64,000 bases of DNA. Origin: a virus. The notes beneath the pieces were generated by a model that saw only the letters and a program-made list of their open reading frames with translations, made no database searches and was not told where the DNA came from. Position numbers and translations under genes: made by a program. The stretch's first letter is position 1; each line of letters begins with the position of its first letter. Shown in pieces: positions 54,269 to 64,000 of the stretch. The DNA lies in the IMG/VR virus record IMGVR_UViG_3300042337_000526, positions 1 to 64,000 of that record. One strand, given 5' to 3'.

Positions 54269-56803
54269 ATGGCCAAAATAAATGTTTTTGATAAATCAGA
54301 ACCAGATAAAATTATTCCTAAAAAATCAAAGTTATTTTCTAACTGCTGTTCATGTGTCACGGATGAAAAAGAAGAACCAGTAATTTCGCCAACCCCAACT
54401 TCAAGTGTTGCTATTACTGCCACCTCAAAAGGAATACTAACTCCAACGCCAACCGCAAAAAATATACCAACTCAAACTCCAACAACGAGTATTACTCCCA
54501 GCCCATCATCATCATTAATTCCTTCTAGTCCAACACCAACCTCGAAATTGATAATAACGGCAACACCAACCTCAACATTTAAAATACCTTCTACACCAAC
54601 AAAAACAGCAACGCCCACAAAGAGTATATCACCAACATCAACATCTCAAGCAACCCCAACCCCAACAAAAACAGCAACGCCAACAAAGAGTACAACCCCA
54701 ACCAAAAGTATCACTCCTACCAAAACAGTAACACGAACGCCCACAAAAAAACCAATAATTATTTCATCTCAACCTCTTTTTGACAAATCCTCTTGGTCAT
54801 CTGTGCCAGAACCATATTTAAGCTATTTAAATGAAGCAGCAGATCGATGGTCTAGGTATATAAAATATAATTCAACAACATACCAACTTATAAAAAATGA
54901 TTATGCTAAAAGTAACAAGATATGGAATGGACTAGCCTTAGATTTAACTAAATTTACTTTTTATAATGACGTATCAGTTACGACGATAGCATCATGTGGG
55001 CCGCTTGATGGATATGATTTAGACGATGGAAAAGGAATTAAATTTAATTCATCAACATTTCAATTAAAAATAAATAGTTATTATAGTGGACCATGGGTAG
55101 TAGATGGTAAGACGTATATTTTTAATGATAAAGATTGGATAAACATTATAACGCATGAGCTAGGACATGCTTTAGGTATTGGCATATTTTGGAGAAAAGA
55201 AGTAATATCTTATACAGATGGCGTACCACCAATAAATAATTTATTAGATGGAAGTGTATACACTAACGCTAAAAATGCTTATAATTCTATAACATCATTA
55301 ACTAGAACAAAAATACCACTAGAAAACAGTAGCGAAGACGGCGGCGTCGATGGACATTGGGAAAATTCTTACAGATTTCCATTAAATGGAGAACAAGTAT
55401 ATTATGGTTTATCAAATGAATTAATGGTAGGAGAAGTGTCTCCTGGAGCAACTAGAATAATTTCATCTTTAAGTATTAAAACTTTAGTTGATTTTGGTTA
55501 TGAAGAAGTATTTCCAGGGTCTAGCGAGGGAAAACCAACAGTAATATCTTCTGCTTTTAATCCATTCGGGTTGATGTCTATAGAAAATAATTTATCAACC
55601 ATTAAAATGAATTGCTCTTGTGAGTATAAACCAATAATTAAAAAACTAGCAAAAGATGATAAACAAAAAATTAATGTTGTAATAAAAAATACAGATTGGA
55701 ATATAAAAACTGAATGTGAACCAAGGTTATTTTCTAATTGTTGTGAATGTTCTGATCCTTTTATTCGTCCAAGTAGAACACCGCGGCCAACAATTACTCC
55801 CACAAAAACCCCGAAACCAACAACATCTCCAACCAGAACACCAACTAAAACAGCAACGCCAACAAAAAGCATCACACCAACTAAGACAACAACGCCAACC
55901 AATAGCATTACGCCAACTAAAACAACGACACCAACTAAAACAGCAACACCAACAATCACAGTAACGCCAACAGCCACGGTAACACCAACGGTCACAGTAA
56001 CGTCAACTAAAACAGCAACGCCAACAAAAAGCATCACACCAACTAAGACAACAACGCCCACCAATAGTATTACGCCAACTAAAACAGCAACGCCAACTAA
56101 AACAGCAACGCCAACAAAAAGCATCACACCAACTAAGACAACAACGCCAACCAATAGTATCACGCCAACTAAAACAGCAACGCCAACAACCACAGTAACT
56201 CCAACAGTCACAGCAACGCCAACAGTCACAGCAACGCCAACAGTCACAGCAACGCCAACAACCACAGCAACGCCAACAGTCACAGCAACGCCAACAACCA
56301 CAGTAACTCCAACAGTCACAGCAACGCCAACAGTCACAGCAACGCCAACAGTCACAGCAACGCCAACAGTCACAGCAACGCCAACAACCACAGCAACGCC
56401 AACACTCACACCAACGCCAACAGTCACAGCAACACCAACAGTTACAATAACGGCCACAAATACGCTAACTCCATCAACAACACTAACAGCAACTCAAACA
56501 AAAACTCCTACTCCAACCCTAACTCCAACGTCAACAGATACTACTCCCGTATTGCCAACTTTTGTTGCTTGTGATAATATAAATAATATAATAGATAATC
56601 CATGGGATCCTGCTAATTCCTGCGATGCAGCAATCGATAATGGCCTAGTGTTTAATATAACATTACCTGTCAATAATTATATTTATGGAATTGATGATAC
56701 TATTGTTTTCTTAGCAACCTATAGTCAAATACAACCAGACACATTAATTAATATGGTAGCAAGCTTATATACAAGATATTACACTCCAAAAATATGTGAA
56801 TAA
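54269..56803 (+). CDS. T/P-rich protein with leishmanolysin (M8)-like metalloprotease domain
   Basis: HELGHALGIG, IPLE..G..GHWE, NELM; two LFSNCC modules each followed by T/P tracts. Confidence 0.8.
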   Translation: MAKINVFDKSEPDKIIPKKSKLFSNCCSCVTDEKEEPVISPTPTSSVAITATSKGILTPTPTAKNIPTQTPTTSITPSPSSSLIPSSPTPTSKLIITATPTSTFKIPSTPTKTATPTKSISPTSTSQATPTPTKTATPTKSTTPTKSITPTKTVTRTPTKKPIIISSQPLFDKSSWSSVPEPYLSYLNEAADRWSRYIKYNSTTYQLIKNDYAKSNKIWNGLALDLTKFTFYNDVSVTTIASCGPLDGYDLDDGKGIKFNSSTFQLKINSYYSGPWVVDGKTYIFNDKDWINIITHELGHALGIGIFWRKEVISYTDGVPPINNLLDGSVYTNAKNAYNSITSLTRTKIPLENSSEDGGVDGHWENSYRFPLNGEQVYYGLSNELMVGEVSPGATRIISSLSIKTLVDFGYEEVFPGSSEGKPTVISSAFNPFGLMSIENNLSTIKMNCSCEYKPIIKKLAKDDKQKINVVIKNTDWNIKTECEPRLFSNCCECSDPFIRPSRTPRPTITPTKTPKPTTSPTRTPTKTATPTKSITPTKTTTPTNSITPTKTTTPTKTATPTITVTPTATVTPTVTVTSTKTATPTKSITPTKTTTPTNSITPTKTATPTKTATPTKSITPTKTTTPTNSITPTKTATPTTTVTPTVTATPTVTATPTVTATPTTTATPTVTATPTTTVTPTVTATPTVTATPTVTATPTVTATPTTTATPTLTPTPTVTATPTVTITATNTLTPSTTLTATQTKTPTPTLTPTSTDTTPVLPTFVACDNINNIIDNPWDPANSCDAAIDNGLVFNITLPVNNYIYGIDDTIVFLATYSQIQPDTLINMVASLYTRYYTPKICE
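55846..56450 (+). repeat. in-frame 18-bp-unit low-complexity repeat
   Basis: ACGCCAACAGTCACAGCA-type units encoding TPTVTA/TPTKTA. Confidence 0.85.
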
Positions 56804-58697
56804 AAGGAAATTTATGACTCAAGATCTGTACTTATCAACTAAAATAACAATTAAAATACCAAATGATCCAATATTTAGTGGCACATATACTTTTAGTAGA
56901 AATCAGTCTACTAACAAATGGGAATTAATGACCGGGGCAAGTCTTCCATTGTACGGCCCAGGGTGGCCAGATCCTAATGTTAACACCCTTTTATTTGACA
57001 CTTCTCTGCCAAAGTATTCGCATGCTGGTAATCCCCTTAATAATACATATCTTATTAAATTAAATTCAGTTTTTGACGCTGGCGCATCGCCTTATTATCC
57101 AGGATATCTTGAAACATTGGCAAAATATAACGACCTAAGTCCGGAAGCAGGATTCACTTATACAAGTGGATTTGCTTGGCCAGCACATTTTATTATGACA
57201 GCCATAAAACCACCGTGTTCCAGTTGCTCTGATTATCAAAGCGGATATGGAGATGGGGCCAACAGACCATCAGGATCGGGACACAGACTTGTTGTTGGTT
57301 TTTCTCTTCCTTTAAGATATAGAGAAATAACTCAAAATTGGATAGTTGTAGACTACCCTGCTCAAACAGAACCAAACAGATATCATGCATTAAGCGGTAT
57401 TAATAATAGTAATGTTAATACATTTAATTATATAACAGGAGTGCCCCCAATAATAAGTAACTCAAATGGGGATTTCTGTCAGATAAAAGACTTTAAAACA
57501 ACAAATAATCCACTGTTTGATCCCAATCCCAATAGCTTATTTGATCTGTCTGTATCTGCTCCTACTTCAGATTTACAACTGGTATGTACCGGAATTAAAG
57601 ATATTGGATTTGCTTTTAGGTCCAGTGGAAGCGGATTAGGGTATGCTAGTCCATCTAATATTGAAACTAATATAATAGACGGTTGGGGAGACTTTAGAAA
57701 TAACTTTTATGTTGCGTCAGATTCATATGCTACAGATACATATGATGGTAATGGTAGATATTTTAACGGAGCTTTTTATGATAAAGTTAGTGTAGACGCA
57801 TCTGTAAAATTTTACAGTTCTTGCAGAGTAGGAGTTGCCTGTGAAGCAATCATACCTGATGCTCCCCATAGTGTTACTGGAGTTTTGTGTGTTACTAGCT
57901 CTCAAATTTTTGCAAACTCAGAATGTAACGGGAGTGAAATAGATAATTCTTATATAAATAATTACAACTCTAACACTAATTTAAATACTGTTGATGTTTT
58001 TTTTATTGGACCATCTGGATTCTGTCCTTGCATAAAAAGACCATCATCCTCGCCTCAGGACTATATCATATATGAGTCTGTAAACCAAGAGACTTTAAAG
58101 GTTAAGATACCATATGCCGGATCATTACAGTATAACAGTCTTCTGTCTTGGATAAAGGATGATTTTGCGATTATTAAGCCTTATGCCGGGATTGGATTAT
58201 TAAAAAATCTTTCAAATATAAATAATTTATGTTATAATCAATATCCTGTTATTGATGTTTCTTGGAATTTTCAGTCTAATGCTACTAGTGGAAGCATAAT
58301 TATTAAACCAACAGACATAAGAATAAAATATCCAAGAATATCTGTAACGGGGGCAAATATTAGCGTATTAAATGGCGACTACTCTTGGGCTGATAATCAT
58401 CAGTCATTTATTAAGTATGTTTACGATGCCGGTGGCTCTCAGATTATTAATTCTTTAATTATTAAAAAAGTTAATGAATCATATTTAAGCAATACATACA
58501 ACTATGTGCTAGGTTCTGGATCTTTTGCTAATTGTAATGATAAAATACCATACTCATTTAAATCTTTATATTTTTTACCTAATCTTTCACCCGGAGTTTC
58601 TCCGTTATTGAATACTCAACAATATCATTTATGGTCGAATAATCCTCCAACAACCTACGGTCTTAGTCCAGTACCGTCATCTATTGCTAAATTATGA
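56796..58697 (+). CDS. large hypothetical (probable structural) protein
   Basis: 633-aa ORF rich in Ser/Asn/Gly/Pro with Cys pairs; possible start ATG 56814. Confidence 0.7.
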   Translation: MNKRKFMTQDLYLSTKITIKIPNDPIFSGTYTFSRNQSTNKWELMTGASLPLYGPGWPDPNVNTLLFDTSLPKYSHAGNPLNNTYLIKLNSVFDAGASPYYPGYLETLAKYNDLSPEAGFTYTSGFAWPAHFIMTAIKPPCSSCSDYQSGYGDGANRPSGSGHRLVVGFSLPLRYREITQNWIVVDYPAQTEPNRYHALSGINNSNVNTFNYITGVPPIISNSNGDFCQIKDFKTTNNPLFDPNPNSLFDLSVSAPTSDLQLVCTGIKDIGFAFRSSGSGLGYASPSNIETNIIDGWGDFRNNFYVASDSYATDTYDGNGRYFNGAFYDKVSVDASVKFYSSCRVGVACEAIIPDAPHSVTGVLCVTSSQIFANSECNGSEIDNSYINNYNSNTNLNTVDVFFIGPSGFCPCIKRPSSSPQDYIIYESVNQETLKVKIPYAGSLQYNSLLSWIKDDFAIIKPYAGIGLLKNLSNINNLCYNQYPVIDVSWNFQSNATSGSIIIKPTDIRIKYPRISVTGANISVLNGDYSWADNHQSFIKYVYDAGGSQIINSLIIKKVNESYLSNTYNYVLGSGSFANCNDKIPYSFKSLYFLPNLSPGVSPLLNTQQYHLWSNNPPTTYGLSPVPSSIAKL

Positions 58698-59056
58698 AAA
58701 AGATATTTAATTTTTACACTAGTAGATCATCAAAATGGACCAATGTTAGAAAACAACACTTAACAGAAAATAACAGTTGTTGTGGATGTGGCAAGAAAGA
58801 CAAATTGGAAGTTCATCATATTGAGCCCGTTCATGTTAATTCGAATAGAGAATTAGATCCGTCAAATCTGGTCACATTGTGCAAAAGTTGCCATTTCACA
58901 ATTGGTCATTTAATGGATTGGAGCAGTTGGAATATTGATGTTGTGAGTGACTGTAGGGTGTATCTAAATAAAGTGAGTAACAGACCATATAAGTTAACCT
59001 CTCAAAACTTAAGTTTTATTCAAAAAATCAAAAATTATATTAACATTAGGATATAA
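58694..59056 (+). CDS. HNH endonuclease
   Basis: CCGCG...LEVHHI...NLVTLCKSCH...GH. Confidence 0.88.
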   Translation: MKKIFNFYTSRSSKWTNVRKQHLTENNSCCGCGKKDKLEVHHIEPVHVNSNRELDPSNLVTLCKSCHFTIGHLMDWSSWNIDVVSDCRVYLNKVSNRPYKLTSQNLSFIQKIKNYINIRI

Positions 59057-59058
59057 AT

Positions 59059-62000
59059 ATGGCCGAATCTGATATTAGTTTTACAGCCCTTGCTGATTTT
59101 CAGCCGCTAACATGGTATAATTTAGATAGTCAAAAGGTCTTTAAGCGCATTTATTATATTAGCGATGATGGAAATACTGCTGTTGGAATACCAAAAAATG
59201 ATCAGTACAATAGACTATATACTTTTAAAAAATCTATAAATAATGGAACGATAGTTTGGAATACTGATAAATATATAGCTTTACCAATACCCACAACAGG
59301 ATCTATTGAAGTATATAATAATACTATTATATATAAAGATTATGCTAATGTAAATATTACAATATATAAATTCGATATTGTGTCAGGACAGGCTAGTTTA
59401 TTGAGTCAGTACACAACCCCAAGAGAAAGTATTGGATATAATTTATATAATATAGAAATTTTTAAAATATTAGTTTCAGATAATGGTTCTACAATATGTT
59501 ATGCTGCTAAGAAACCAACTAATATGGGGGTATCTGTTGCTTATGTATATTGCTCTAAAGACTATGGAAAAACTTTTACTAAAATAACAGAAGATGAATA
59601 TATTGTTAATTTTAATTTTAGTCCAAAAATTTTATTATCTGCAGATGGCAGTATAGTATGTTTTAATAATAAATATATAAGTTCTCAAAATGGTTCAACA
59701 GTTATAAAAAATGAAATTTTTAAATTTAATACATCAACACAAAAATTTAACAATATACCAGTAACATTTCCAATAATATCAGTACAACCACCAGTAAGAA
59801 TACAAAATCGTCGAATGTATGATATTTATAGTATATCTAAAAATAATACCATATATGGGCGCATGGTTGCAACCTCAATTTCTGATGTAAATTTTAATAT
59901 TAGTGACTCAGAATATAACATAGTTAGCAAAGATGGTGGATTGACTTGGGATTTTAGTGGTGGCGAAGCAGCTTCAAGGCCGGGATATACTAGAGTGGGA
60001 ACATTCGCCAATGATGCTGGTGATAGGTATTTGTTAGCCTATGAATTTTCTAATAAAACAATATCGAATTTACCACTTGTTGTGAATTCTGTAATATATG
60101 AAAATTATGGAAAAACAGTCTATGATCTGCCATTATTAACAATAAATAATGCAGCAATAGGTATGAGTATTGATATTAAATTTATAAATAATACCATATA
60201 TTTATATACAACAAATCAATCAGGATACGGATCACCAGAATATTACTATTATGTTTTATATTTGTCTTCAACTTCTGCGCCCACTAATCCAAACAATCCT
60301 ATAGCAATAACTCCAACCCCAACAAAAAAAGCAAATCAATCATTTATTCCTTTAAAATTATATGATCTTGATCCAGAAAATAGATTTGAAAGAATTTTTC
60401 ATATAAGCGAAGATCTTAATGAAATTATTGCTATTGAAAGAAACGACAACCAATTATGTTCGTATATTAGAAATGAATATAATACCTGGAATTTAAAAAA
60501 TAATTATAACCTTAGAATAGCACTTACAGACATACGCGATGTATATATATCTAAGAATAAAAAAATAATAGGAATATTAGGAGAAACATCCTCTAATTAT
60601 TGGAAAAATTCTGCTCAACCACGAATCCGCAATCTACTTATCTACGATATTTCCACGGGGGTAGCAATATTTACAAATAATATTTCTGGAGATATTGATT
60701 TATTTTCAAGATTTGGAGCACCAAGCGAATATGATTCCCCTCCTTATTCTAATTTTTCCATGTCTGATGATGGAAAAGTAATGATTCTTGTTCGATCTCA
60801 ACAAAAAAATGTTATTTATATTAGTGGGGCAGGCAAAACGAGTGAAAAGCAATTTGCTTACAGAACAAGTATTTCTACTGATTATGGTAAAAGTTTTGTC
60901 GCTGTACCATTTTTACAAAATATACTTAAGATTTCCTATGCAAATATTGATTTTAAAATATCTAAAGATAATACTGAATTTTTATTTTTTATTTGGTATG
61001 ATACGGAAACAGATAATGCTTTGTTGAGAACCAGTCCTTTAACATTATATAAAGGTAAAATAAATGGTTCAAATATAATAGATAATGGTTCAAATATAAT
61101 AAATTACTCAAATTGGGAAAATAAATTTAAATCAGCATCTGATGATTTAAAGACTATTTATATATCTAATACTAATCCTACAGAAACATCGACATCTTCA
61201 GCATCTACATACACAGAAAAAGGACTGTTATCAAAAGACGGTGGAGCAACGTTTGTAGAATCATATGCCCCCAACGGAACGAGAGAATATGGCAACGGAA
61301 TTTCACTAAGGAACGATGTGACAATTTGCAATCCAGACGGAGATAAGTATTTCTCTATTGTTAGAAACGATTTTCTTTGGGCTGGGTACAAAGATAATTT
61401 ATCTTTAACATATTTTGAAAATTATGGACAAAAACTTATTACAGAAATATCATTAAATGAAGATAATGACCCAATTAAAAATCAGTATTTTGGAGTTTGG
61501 GGAACCTATATTGGTGCAAAATGGTTGAATAATAATACTGTTGTTGTAAACTATGCTTTTCAAGGACCAGGTAGATCTGGTTATCTATACAAAAGTCGTA
61601 TTTTTTTAACGGGGTCAAGTACGTCACTACCAGTAACTCCAACCCCCACAAAAAAGGCAACAAACTTAGGCATTACAAGGACACCAACCAGAACAAAAGC
61701 AGCAATAACCCCAACAAGAACTCCCACCAGAACAAAAGCAGCAATAGTTCCAACAAGAACACCATCATCAACGATACCAGGAAAAACTGTTAGGAATATT
61801 GTAGCAACTGGCGGAAATGAATGTGTTCGCTTAACATGGGATATGCCAGAAGATACCAGTAATCTTCTTGGATATAAATTATATTATTCTTATTCTACAA
61901 CGAACTTTCAATTTGTGCCAGCATTTGATCCAACATATGGCGACACTCTCACTCCTAATATAACGAGTGCCACAATAACAAATGTTCCAAATGATACCGG

Positions 62001-64000
62001 ATATCAAGTTCAAATTAGAATTGAAACTGTATATTCTAATGGAAAAACATATCCAGCAGAAATTATGCAGTTTACAGACAAAACAAAATCTGTTCTAAAT
62101 TCCTCTATATTAACTTTAACAAATCCATCAACTAGCTCTACAGCAAATTTAACATGGACTCCTCCGATAGTTCAAAGGATTGGTCGCTTTACATGGACAA
62201 CTCAATTATCTCTATTAATTTATAATAATGACGTACTAGAATTTCAATCTGATTATTTATCTAATTTTTATTCATATACTATTACTAATAAAAATGGAAA
62301 TTATTCTTTTGAAATATCAGCAAGATATGTAAATGATTTTACCAATTCTTCTTTGATATATGTTAAATCTAATAGAGTAACTAAAACTTTAAATGCTGTA
62401 ATAGCAACCTCAACTCCTACTCCAACCAACACTGTAACTCCCACAGTAACCCCAACAACAACTCCAATAATTTTACCTGAATTTGTTAATATTTTCTTAC
62501 AAGAAAATAGCTTTAATAAATCTAATAACTATTTTAATATAGATATATCAAACATATCATCTAATTATCCAGTATTAGTATCTGATAGTTATGATATAGA
62601 AATCAATGGGCCTTATCCATTTGATGATATTCTTCATGTTGCAGCAATACAGTCGAATGAGGCTAGCGAAGAAATTATTACCCAACCTTGGAGAAAAACA
62701 GAAACAAGAACAGCAAATGCGATATCGGATAAAATCTACATAACTCCAGAAGTTTTGGGAATATATTATGTTAGAATCAAACGAATAGTATCTAATACAT
62801 ATTCTAATATTCAATCGTTCTTTAGATCTTTTGATATTATAGAAGTGCCTCCAACACCAACAGTCACTCCTACAGCAACAAATACGCCGACAGTAACAAA
62901 TACGCCATCGGTAACTCCACAAATTAATCCAACTCCTACTAGAACTCCAACAAAACAAATTCCTGGATTAACAGCTATACCAACTAGTACTCCTAGTCAA
63001 ACACCCACTAGAACACCATTTGTACCAAGACCCATAAATGAACTTGATTATACAACAGCTCAGATCGCGGTAAGAGATAGTAGCACTCCGGGAGCAGGAT
63101 ACTCACTAGACTGCAACATATCATTTAATCAACCAATAAGTTACGGTGGACAAAATTGGGAACAAGTATTCTTAAATTTTAATGGTAATTATATAAAAGC
63201 TCTATATGATAATGAAAATTTACCCAAAACACATAGAACATATACAACAACAGAAGCATTCTTTAAAACAAACACCTCTAATGTATTAGGTCTTCATCAG
63301 TTAAAAAATACAACTCTGGTCATAGAACCTAAAGGAAACAATAAATATTTATGGATAGTAAAAACACAATACGATAAAAATAGTTTTAATTTATCAACGC
63401 CAATGTATGCTGCTGGTACAGTATTAACTTTTGAAATATTGTTAGATTATAGTCAAGGCAAAAAAACAAGTGCTACTTTTCTTAGCGCACGAGCAAATGC
63501 TCCTTACCCATATAGTGTTTGGGAATATTCTTATGATCCGTCACAATTTTTAATAGATTTTGATATTAACGTAGATGCTACATCAATACCTGTAACGCCA
63601 ACAGTGACGCCAACAGTTACTCCAACAATATCATTAACTCCCACAAATACTCAAACAAATACTCCAACAAATACTAGCACACCATCAGCAACAGTTACTC
63701 CAACCCCAACTAATATTGATACTAGCGTAACTAGAACACCAACCCCTACTAATACAATAACTTCGACAAATACAGCAACTCCTACAATTACAGCAACGCC
63801 AACAGTAACTCCGTCAACGTCGGCTGCTCCAAGTCTTGAAGTATATTCTGCTGGAGATAATCTTTATGGACAATTATCTAATCCGTTCGTAAGTTTTTCT
63901 TCAGAGTTCTCTAAAACTTATGATTCATTATTTATGAGTAGTAAAGAAATTTCGTGCGGAAATTATCATACATGTTTTGTAGCCAACGATGGAAATGTTT
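59059..64000 (+). CDS. very large (>1640 aa, 3'-partial) protein: Asp-box propellers, FN3, T/P tracts, start of RCC1-like repeats
   Basis: absent from ORF track because it has no stop in the window; ATG 59059 is in frame with the final GDNLYGQL...ISCGNYHTCFV; SKDYGKTF/SKDGGLTW/STDYGKSF boxes; ATGGNECVRLTWD FN3. Confidence 0.85.
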   Translation, partial: MAESDISFTALADFQPLTWYNLDSQKVFKRIYYISDDGNTAVGIPKNDQYNRLYTFKKSINNGTIVWNTDKYIALPIPTTGSIEVYNNTIIYKDYANVNITIYKFDIVSGQASLLSQYTTPRESIGYNLYNIEIFKILVSDNGSTICYAAKKPTNMGVSVAYVYCSKDYGKTFTKITEDEYIVNFNFSPKILLSADGSIVCFNNKYISSQNGSTVIKNEIFKFNTSTQKFNNIPVTFPIISVQPPVRIQNRRMYDIYSISKNNTIYGRMVATSISDVNFNISDSEYNIVSKDGGLTWDFSGGEAASRPGYTRVGTFANDAGDRYLLAYEFSNKTISNLPLVVNSVIYENYGKTVYDLPLLTINNAAIGMSIDIKFINNTIYLYTTNQSGYGSPEYYYYVLYLSSTSAPTNPNNPIAITPTPTKKANQSFIPLKLYDLDPENRFERIFHISEDLNEIIAIERNDNQLCSYIRNEYNTWNLKNNYNLRIALTDIRDVYISKNKKIIGILGETSSNYWKNSAQPRIRNLLIYDISTGVAIFTNNISGDIDLFSRFGAPSEYDSPPYSNFSMSDDGKVMILVRSQQKNVIYISGAGKTSEKQFAYRTSISTDYGKSFVAVPFLQNILKISYANIDFKISKDNTEFLFFIWYDTETDNALLRTSPLTLYKGKINGSNIIDNGSNIINYSNWENKFKSASDDLKTIYISNTNPTETSTSSASTYTEKGLLSKDGGATFVESYAPNGTREYGNGISLRNDVTICNPDGDKYFSIVRNDFLWAGYKDNLSLTYFENYGQKLITEISLNEDNDPIKNQYFGVWGTYIGAKWLNNNTVVVNYAFQGPGRSGYLYKSRIFLTGSSTSLPVTPTPTKKATNLGITRTPTRTKAAITPTRTPTRTKAAIVPTRTPSSTIPGKTVRNIVATGGNECVRLTWDMPEDTSNLLGYKLYYSYSTTNFQFVPAFDPTYGDTLTPNITSATITNVPNDTGYQVQIRIETVYSNGKTYPAEIMQFTDKTKSVLNSSILTLTNPSTSSTANLTWTPPIVQRIGRFTWTTQLSLLIYNNDVLEFQSDYLSNFYSYTITNKNGNYSFEISARYVNDFTNSSLIYVKSNRVTKTLNAVIATSTPTPTNTVTPTVTPTTTPIILPEFVNIFLQENSFNKSNNYFNIDISNISSNYPVLVSDSYDIEINGPYPFDDILHVAAIQSNEASEEIITQPWRKTETRTANAISDKIYITPEVLGIYYVRIKRIVSNTYSNIQSFFRSFDIIEVPPTPTVTPTATNTPTVTNTPSVTPQINPTPTRTPTKQIPGLTAIPTSTPSQTPTRTPFVPRPINELDYTTAQIAVRDSSTPGAGYSLDCNISFNQPISYGGQNWEQVFLNFNGNYIKALYDNENLPKTHRTYTTTEAFFKTNTSNVLGLHQLKNTTLVIEPKGNNKYLWIVKTQYDKNSFNLSTPMYAAGTVLTFEILLDYSQGKKTSATFLSARANAPYPYSVWEYSYDPSQFLIDFDINVDATSIPVTPTVTPTVTPTISLTPTNTQTNTPTNTSTPSATVTPTPTNIDTSVTRTPTPTNTITSTNTATPTITATPTVTPSTSAAPSLEVYSAGDNLYGQLSNPFVSFSSEFSKTYDSLFMSSKEISCGNYHTCFVANDGNV

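Noticed and set aside
48050-56457. Minus-strand Val/Gly/Ala-rich ORFs (48050..48391, 48422..48712, 49834..50265, 55498..56457)
   Set aside because: Antisense shadows of ACN/CCN-rich Thr/Pro repeats
1-64000. Stop-codon reassignment (code 15 or code 4)
   Set aside because: Conserved genes (thyX, ligase, ruvB, rIIA/B) are full length in code 11, and TAA, TAG and TGA all end genes

Overview
This window is 64 kb of an AT-rich genome of a large tailed dsDNA bacteriophage (jumbo-like), standard code 11, with almost all genes on the + strand. Family calls below come from motif recognition by eye, not database searches. Layout: (1) 1-21.8 kb is a dense train of small early ORFs driven by repeated sigma70-type promoters that share a CCGAT spacer motif, with ASCH, two metallophosphoesterases, ThyX, UvsE, a Zn deaminase, a DksA/TraR-like finger and tRNA-Ile(UAU). 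(2) A tmRNA at 21.8 kb is followed by a His-Me endonuclease and a displaced second tmRNA 3' end. (3) 23-35 kb holds about 11 glycan synthesis or decoration genes interleaved with DNA ligase, an HhH glycosylase and a GIY-YIG endonuclease. (4) 35-46.4 kb holds PspC, an HTH protein, tRNA-Leu(UAA), a kinase-like gene, rIIA/rIIB, a tRNA-like RNA, a RepB-type primase domain and RuvB, preceded by a Zn-ribbon/RuvA-domain-III fusion. (5) After a terminator at 46.4 kb come a membrane protein plus a volactin-like actin ATPase, then very large Thr/Pro-rich (mucin-like) proteins with FN3, Asp-box propeller, M8-like protease and RCC1 modules; the last ORF runs off the window end. Best leads: the re-wired RuvA-CTD/RuvB pair, the phage actin-like ATPase with a membrane partner, a possible virion glycosylation system, and the tmRNA-linked endonuclease with an RBS-occluding hairpin around a GGTGTA late-promoter motif. 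No CRISPR array, integrase or reverse transcriptase was seen.
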